Positions 27,701 to 32,000 of a stretch of DNA of 32,000 bases are shown in pieces. The stretch comes from an uncultured Lentisphaeria bacterium. Its GTDB lineage: Bacteria; Verrucomicrobiota; Lentisphaeria; JABSQK01; JAJFLO01. The position numbers were made by a program, and so were the translations under genes. The notes under the pieces were generated by a model, which saw only the letters and a list, made by a program, of their open reading frames with translations, was not told the origin of the DNA and ran no database searches. The stretch covers positions 1,860,001-1,892,000 of the forward strand of contig OX638337.1 of the NCBI GenBank assembly GCA_951812855.1, read 5' to 3'. Within the stretch, counting starts at the first letter, position 1. Each line of letters begins with the position of its first letter.

Positions 27701-28460
27701 GACTGATTTGAAACAGGCAGTTTACATCTCGGGGTGTAAGACGGGTCATCCCGAATACCTGTACGGGCACGTGTTCTCGAGGCGTTCTGATTAATTTTTT
27801 ATAACTAAAAATTCGGGCTGCATATTCTGCAATCAGCAGATGATCAATCTCGGTTGCATTTTTTATCTGAGCACGTATACCGTCAGCCCCGAAAATATCA
27901 TAATAAAGTTTTCGCTCAGCGTGTTCAAGTTCAATTAATGATTGACGACTGGAATCAGATTCACTTATTCTGTTATTCTTCTGCCAATCCCATAACCATT
28001 GTGAACGGTGATACTCATAATGGCCTAAGAGTTTTGCTAAACGTGTTGCTAACTGCCAGATTTTTCTATTATTTATCCCATGTTCATCGACTATATATGA
28101 TTGAAAAATAGTAGAATTATCATCCCTGGATTGTGTTGAGTCCTGCAGGCAGTGCATAATCAGAAGTGTTAACTGTTTCTCATCAAGAAGCCTGGTTCCG
28201 GTACGTTTATCTGGATTCATAAAATGATCTAATTGCTGAATTAGATTCCATAATCCAACCTCAAAATAGTGGAAATCAATATTGGCTGTAACACCATTTT
28301 TCTTTGCAATCTGCAGTTGCAGCCAAAGTTTGACACTTTGGTTTGGAACGATGACAGTTTGTGTTGCGAACGGATCTCTTTCTGAGGAAGTACGAATAGT
28401 ATCTGCTAATTTATGTGCAAGATTTTCAAACGAACTGCTGAAATGTAGATATAAACTCAT
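24780..28460 (-). CDS. recC: Exodeoxyribonuclease V gamma subunit RecC
   Basis: The N-terminus DPFATQTVIVPNQSVKLWLQLQIAKKNGVTANIDF parallels E. coli RecC DPFEPEMILVQSTGMAQWLQMTLSQKFGIAANIDF. The internal segment RPMRPIPFRLVYILGMKEGEFP...RYTFLETLMSAQEKLYISYVSRD parallels MPMRSIPFKVVCLLGMNDGVYP...RYLFLEALISAQQKLYISYIGRS. Confidence 0.92.
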   Translation of the reverse strand: MSLYLHFSSSFENLAHKLADTIRTSSERDPFATQTVIVPNQSVKLWLQLQIAKKNGVTANIDFHYFEVGLWNLIQQLDHFMNPDKRTGTRLLDEKQLTLLIMHCLQDSTQSRDDNSTIFQSYIVDEHGINNRKIWQLATRLAKLLGHYEYHRSQWLWDWQKNNRISESDSSRQSLIELEHAERKLYYDIFGADGIRAQIKNATEIDHLLIAEYAARIFSYKKLIRTPREHVPVQVFGMTRLTPRDVNCLFQISHCFNLHMYQYSVCCEFWEDIPTRSQQRKLRALEFERIRKLRLPMSDNELRPNIKTDFLENPLLQAWGHAGRETLVLLSEFEERFQNQVNCEGEWLAEESADKGNNSVLHELQHNIRHRLLKNTRVKPDKSLQIIACPSIYREVEMVYHTIIHNMETNPELKLTDIAVMVTNLKEYKPAIDYVFSGSGQVPYNLNDGNAAVESIYGQAMISMLTLALGDFTRKELFNLIFNPCFLAGINATRLDAVQWLEWTDSLGIFRNFETEYQTDTQPFSWTHGLTRLRFGRIMTDEIEFNDKTFPDFKGIVPYSDMESSNQDSVGKFSFIIESLFKHLIPLKSANLNLSQWRQNIQKLDGKFIDIPVERSNELVIRKKLLEFFQDSIIFDQLNLETNTLSLQLLIEIIKSGLGTIPSRKGTILSHGISIFALRPMRPIPFRLVYILGMKEGEFPGARDESMLDLRRFFHPRPGDVDLTDANRYTFLETLMSAQEKLYISYVSRDLKKEEDFYPCSVLKQLIHYLDNHVLTSEQPVIDLPLKGNSGHYLDTSNPDNDYSDVYETYSRTEKLQALSGILNRIESSDGNDCKSAENISFDDFRNRVVEQLNRTLPSFEFHPVHQEELPKRQSISLRDLAKFLENPIEAGLHFHLTLFNDRHETKELEENEPFFSSYPRDWVFEIDVLETFIRQYSGNEIDIENKDVYLDNLHTHWQQCSLVPADNFGDLNRRHFAENISERITGSVNVKNSLVNFLDGQTSNGRRLLSHVTLGNVDSVQKNDLRLSAFVFDIVNPEREQSQTIELIGSLPFVWQNLNDGCLNACLKLTAKSEIKQNKPSWHILEPYLFFITLNAAGKIPEGTEFTVFLSHKKGIFPKSYTAGSIENAKQWLAQLVSSFLGKDRFDLLPYSIITSIRDNDLTPWKNNNPATNELQKRYQEQISAAIETTSDKDYHPPEILNLINPVVPEDAFTKVRDRLGPILG

Positions 28461-28707
28461 TTTGTTCGGGGTGTAATATTTTCTGCTGTCTGTAATGTAA
28501 GTGAGTCTGAAAATTCAAAGTATGTCATGACGTAACATTGTTGTACAGAGTAAACGACATTGAATCACTTGAAAATACTGCGTTTATCTGGATTCACAAT
28601 TATTTGGAATCACAGGGCATTGAATATTGAAATCAATAAAAATATGAGCGTTTAATAGAGTATATCGTCTTAAATGTAAATAGTGACGATCCTACATGTA
28701 AAATAAT

Positions 28708-30468
28708 ATGAAGACTGATAAAACCAACGTCCATATGGAAGCTGATTTGAAAGCGGAACGGCCGGGCAATTTGGTGTGCCATGTATCATGGACACATAAA
28801 TTGATTTGGATAACAGGTTCGCTTATTTCAGGAGGATTGGTGTCCATATGTTTCCCCCCGTTAGAATTTTCCTGGTATGCCTGGTTTTCATTACTTCCCA
28901 TTTTGTGTATCGGCTTAAAACCGGTTTCTAAACCGTTCTTTTTCGGCTATCTCTTTGGATTCGCACATTTTGCAACAACCTACTTTTGGTTAAACGAAGT
29001 GTTTATACTGGCATCAGCAGGTCTGGCTTCAATTTATGCTTTTATTCCTGCTGTCTGGATAAGCTGCAGCCGAAAATTTATAGATTATTTAGATGTCTCA
29101 GAAGACGAAGAATTGTTTCCCGGGCATGATCCTTCAATAGAGATTTCGCATCAGCTTACTGCTCCAAAGGTTTGTTTTGTTATTATTTTTATGAGTTGTT
29201 TCTGGTGCGGACTGGAGTGGTGCCGAAGCTGGTTTATGACCGGTTTTCCATGGAATCAATTCGGAATCAGTCAGTGGCAAAATTTCTTTCTTTTACCACT
29301 GTCACAGATAACAGGCGTATATGGAATTAGTTTTTTGATTGTTACGGTTAATCTTTCGCTCTATTTTTCAGGGAAATACTTAATTGAATCAAAACAAAAT
29401 GCAATTGACATTAAACCTGTACTGTGGTTTATATCGCCAGTTATCATTCTGCTTATTCTTGTTTCACTATGGTATACTACGTTACCTGAAGAATCTAAAC
29501 CTCAAGAAACTCTGAACGTTGCAGCTGTTCAAGGCAATATTCCTCAAAGTCGAATCTGGACACAAGAACAACTTGATTTAGCAATAGACGTTTATACTCG
29601 ATTAACACGGGAAATAGTTTCTTCTGAAAACCCCGATCTTGTCGTTTGGCCGGAAACTGCAATTCCGGCGAGTCTGCTATATAACGAGCAATGTTATGTG
29701 GCACTGCGTTCGATGTCAGCTGAGATCAAAACCCAATTGATCGCAGGAACAATCAACTATCGCTTTCCACCTGTTGCCAATGGAACCGGCGAATTGCCAA
29801 GAAGTTTTAACAGCTGCATTTATTTCGATAAAAATGGTGATGTGATAGATTCTTATGACAAAATTCACTTAGTCCCGTTTGGTGAGTATGTGCCATTTGA
29901 AGCCTACATTCCCCGGCTGAATGATTGGATAGGTATGGGCCGAAGTTTGTCAGAAGGACGGGAGTACACGGTAATGGCAGTTCAAAATAAAGCACATATC
30001 GGCATTAATATCTGCTACGAAGATATATTCCCGGAAATCAGTCGTCGAATGGTTCTCGAAGGTGCGAATGTCCTGCTTGTTATCACAAACGACGCCTGGT
30101 TTGGTGAATCATCAGGGGCCCGCCAACATTTATCCCATGCAGTTTTTAGAGCTGTAGAAAACCAAAGACCAATTTTAAGGAATGGAAATAATAGCGATAC
30201 GTGTATAATCATGCCGAATGGTGAAATTAAAGATTTAATGCGTGATCCGGTGAGCGGCTCATCATTTGCAAGAATGGCCCGGGTTTATAAGGTCCCGATT
30301 TGGGAATCACTGACAACCACGTTTTATACACGTTACGGCAATGTTTTTGCCGTTTTCTGTTTTGTAATCTCGCTATTGGGATTGATCTGGTGTTTTACGC
30401 GATTTCTTGATAAAAAAAGAAAATTATATGAATTGATTACCGAAGATTCAGAAAAAATTCTTTCTTGA
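28708..30468 (+). CDS. lnt: Apolipoprotein N-acyltransferase
   Basis: An N-terminal multi-pass membrane region (FPWNQFG) is followed by a CN-hydrolase domain (VAAVQGNIPQ, LVVWPETAIP, KIHLVPFGEYVP, NICYEDIFPE, NDAWFG). The start is uncertain (ATG 28708 or 28735). Confidence 0.9.
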   Translation: MKTDKTNVHMEADLKAERPGNLVCHVSWTHKLIWITGSLISGGLVSICFPPLEFSWYAWFSLLPILCIGLKPVSKPFFFGYLFGFAHFATTYFWLNEVFILASAGLASIYAFIPAVWISCSRKFIDYLDVSEDEELFPGHDPSIEISHQLTAPKVCFVIIFMSCFWCGLEWCRSWFMTGFPWNQFGISQWQNFFLLPLSQITGVYGISFLIVTVNLSLYFSGKYLIESKQNAIDIKPVLWFISPVIILLILVSLWYTTLPEESKPQETLNVAAVQGNIPQSRIWTQEQLDLAIDVYTRLTREIVSSENPDLVVWPETAIPASLLYNEQCYVALRSMSAEIKTQLIAGTINYRFPPVANGTGELPRSFNSCIYFDKNGDVIDSYDKIHLVPFGEYVPFEAYIPRLNDWIGMGRSLSEGREYTVMAVQNKAHIGINICYEDIFPEISRRMVLEGANVLLVITNDAWFGESSGARQHLSHAVFRAVENQRPILRNGNNSDTCIIMPNGEIKDLMRDPVSGSSFARMARVYKVPIWESLTTTFYTRYGNVFAVFCFVISLLGLIWCFTRFLDKKRKLYELITEDSEKILS

Positions 30469-30742
30469 CTATCAACATCGCTGAGCATCAGCTTAAAGTG
30501 GATGAATAATCAAATTCGATATTTTTCTTAGATCTGAATATTCAGCTGATCGCCTGCTCATACTCCAACTTCTCCTCTTATCCACAATAAATTTTCGTAA
30601 AAACCCAATCAGTTAATCCTTTAATATGCCATAAAATATTTGTAATAAATATGTTATATATCAGCGATGTTTTTTGACCGTTATTTTAATAATTCATTAG
30701 TTTTTCCGGTCATTTTGACTGTTAAATTTTAAGGAGAACACA

Positions 30743-30925
30743 GTGCAAAGTCAATCGAAGGTTTCAAATCAACAGCAGTGTTTATGTCAGGGGTTGTCAG
30801 AGATGCTTAATCCTGACCATGCGTTGTATCAAATCAATTATTATCGCGTAAGATTCCCCGGGATGAGGTTGATAAAGACTTTGCGACGTATTACACGGAT
30901 TTTGGTTGTCCTGCGAAGAGAACGG
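30743..30925 (+). pseudogene. N-terminal stub of an IS5/IS1182-type transposase (DUF772-like), frameshifted and cut off by the adjacent IS256 remnant
   Basis: ...GLSEMLNPDHALYQI is followed, after a frameshift, by NQLLSRKIPRDEVDKDFATYYTDFGCPAKRTVMQ. This matches the DUF772 pattern (L.P.HPL..L...IDW...E..F...Y....GRPA.P.RLMV). The sequence ends exactly where the IS256-like terminus begins (about 30924). Confidence 0.5.
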
Positions 30926-31166
30926 TAATGCAGTTTTTTCTGTAATTTGATAATCGCGGGTCATTAATCATCCATTTTCAGGTATCGCTTTCCAGCGTCC
31001 CGTTGGTTACTGATTTCGATCAAAATGGCAGTTGCCGATCTAAGTAATGATGCCTCGTTTGGGAAGAGTGATGCGATGCGTGTTCGTCGCTTTAATTTCT
31101 TGTTTATGTTTTCTGCCATATCAGTGGTACGTCATCGTCTATGGTGATGTTTGTTTGGAAACTGAT
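30924..31166 (-). mobile_element. IS256-family insertion sequence remnant: 3' end of the transposase gene plus IS terminus (copy B, inverted relative to copy A)
   Basis: The minus strand reads MAENINKKLKRRTRIASLFPNEASLLRSATAILIEISNQRDAGKRYLKMDD*, followed by the same terminal sequence as copy A (CCCGCGATTATCAAAT.ACAGAAA.AA.TGCATTACC). A 1-nt indel relative to copy A breaks the frame upstream. Confidence 0.75.
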
Positions 31167-31217
31167 GCCGACTCCATTGAATAAATCATGTTAAACGACT
31201 GGGCAGCAGAGGAAATC

Positions 31218-31847
31218 TTACGGGCTTGTGTTCAGCTTTTTTTCATTAGGCAGATTAAATTGTTGGGAACGGGATTGAATTTTTTCTTCCATGATATTAA
31301 AGAGATCCTCCAGGGTTCCCTGGTTTAATACTTGATTATATTGTGAACGGTATGTGGATATCAAACTAATACCTTGAATTTCGATATCATAAATTTTCAA
31401 CATATCTCTGGACTTATATATTTTAAACAGGATTAAATATTGTTCGCTTTTTGATTCCATAGTCATAGGGATATGGATTTTATTCTTAACTAATTCTGAT
31501 TTACCAAGTTCAACAGTTTCATCTTCAAAGAGTAGAAACTTTTCCAACATAGACGTATGCATTCGTTTTGTGAATAACGTCACAAACCGTTCCTGCTGTT
31601 CGGGGTTACTCGTCATCCATTGGTGCTTTCCCATTGTTAATTTTGCCATTAAACTGAAATCAACAATCGGAGCAATTGTATCAATAATATGTTGTTTCCT
31701 GGTCTCAGAATCCAATGATTTGTTACTCAAAACAGAGAGGATGTTATTAATAGAATCGCCAATCATTTTTTCTGCATCACGCTGTATATCTGATTTAGCT
31801 GTGATAGATAAGAGCACGAGTAGGATTATATAGTAAAGTGGTTTCAT
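31218..31847 (-). CDS. mlaC: MlaC/Ttg2D-family periplasmic phospholipid-binding protein
   Basis: Signal peptide, 209 aa, and a toluene-tolerance-family pattern (IAPIVDFSLMAKLTMGKHQWMTSNPEQQERFVTLFTKRMHTSMLEKF...YKIYDIEIQGISLISTYRSQYNQVL). Its ATG overlaps the stop of the upstream gene (ATGA). Confidence 0.8.
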   Translation of the reverse strand: MKPLYYIILLVLLSITAKSDIQRDAEKMIGDSINNILSVLSNKSLDSETRKQHIIDTIAPIVDFSLMAKLTMGKHQWMTSNPEQQERFVTLFTKRMHTSMLEKFLLFEDETVELGKSELVKNKIHIPMTMESKSEQYLILFKIYKSRDMLKIYDIEIQGISLISTYRSQYNQVLNQGTLEDLFNIMEEKIQSRSQQFNLPNEKKLNTSP

Positions 31848-32000
31848 TTTTCTACTTTCGATTTTCGAAGGTTCTGCAGTGCATCGCGTGAAAAGGTATA
31901 CGGATCAACAGCATCTTTCATAAATGTATCATATTCATCAAGATGCAGGGACAGATGATTTACTCTCACAGTAAAACCTAATCCTGTTCTGGCAATATGC
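31844..32000 (-). CDS. mlaA: C-terminal end of a MlaA/VacJ-like lipoprotein (partial, continues beyond the window)
   Basis: The minus frame reads ...VNHLSLHLDEYDTFMKDAVDPYTFSRDALQNLRKSKVEK*. This resembles the MlaA C-terminal segment (...LLDSDKLLREAGDPYIMVREAYFQRHDF). Synteny with mlaC supports the call. Confidence 0.5.
   Translation of the reverse strand, partial: HIARTGLGFTVRVNHLSLHLDEYDTFMKDAVDPYTFSRDALQNLRKSKVEK

Noticed and set aside
24780-28460. recC without adjacent recB/recD as an anomaly
   Set aside because: recBCD genes are not always contiguous, and the partners may lie outside this window. This is not evidence of anything unusual.
16204-31166. Composite transposon formed by the two IS256-like copies
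   Set aside because: Both copies are ~240-bp 3' fragments without a transposase, and their IS termini face inward. The cargo is core housekeeping (murD, rodA, recC, lnt). Inversion substrate or IS graveyard is the more defensible reading.
1-32000. CRISPR arrays, tRNA/rRNA genes, retron-like msr/msd plus RT, integrase genes
   Set aside because: Reading both strands, I saw no regularly spaced direct repeats, no cloverleaf or rRNA signatures other than the tRNA-like ends of tmRNA, and no reverse transcriptase or tyrosine/serine recombinase motifs in any listed ORF.

Overview
Low-GC, Gram-negative-type bacterial chromosome segment (lnt, mlaA/mlaC, rodA, murD, recC, galE present; weak Shine-Dalgarno usage). 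All calls come from reading and translating the sequence by eye and from remembered family motifs; no searches were run. The left third (1-9.9 kb) is an accessory/defence hotspot centred on the tmRNA gene (ssrA, 3030-3390, minus). On the tmRNA 3' side lies a visibly GC-richer block holding a gutted type I R-M locus: a 30-codon hsdM stub and the 3' half of hsdS. Its middle is replaced by a beta-class DNA methyltransferase fused to an Mrr-like nuclease domain. On the tmRNA 5' side lie frameshifted vapBC remnants and then an intact, translationally coupled three-gene operon, the best candidate for an undescribed defence system. It encodes a GHKL/Bergerat ATPase of about 614 aa plus 255-aa and 284-aa proteins with no family I can recognise, wedged between a vapC stub and a gltD-like stub. 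Further right are an HNH (COG3183-like) nuclease preceded by a 35-codon stub of a C5 cytosine methyltransferase, and an intact vsr. The remainder is mostly housekeeping: a 1249-aa secreted metzincin/Ig-repeat protein, galE, 7Fe ferredoxin, LysM lipoprotein, murD, a degenerate HK-REC protein, rodA, mazG, rsmB, recC, lnt, mlaC and partial mlaA. Two roughly 240-bp, roughly 85% identical 3' fragments of an IS256-family transposase gene sit in inverted orientation at 16.2 kb and 30.9 kb. They bracket 14.5 kb of core genes, and an IS5/DUF772-type stub abuts the second copy. Unexplained GC-rich, hairpin-dense patches lie upstream of the ferredoxin gene and of the metzincin gene. No CRISPR array, rRNA or tRNA gene was seen.
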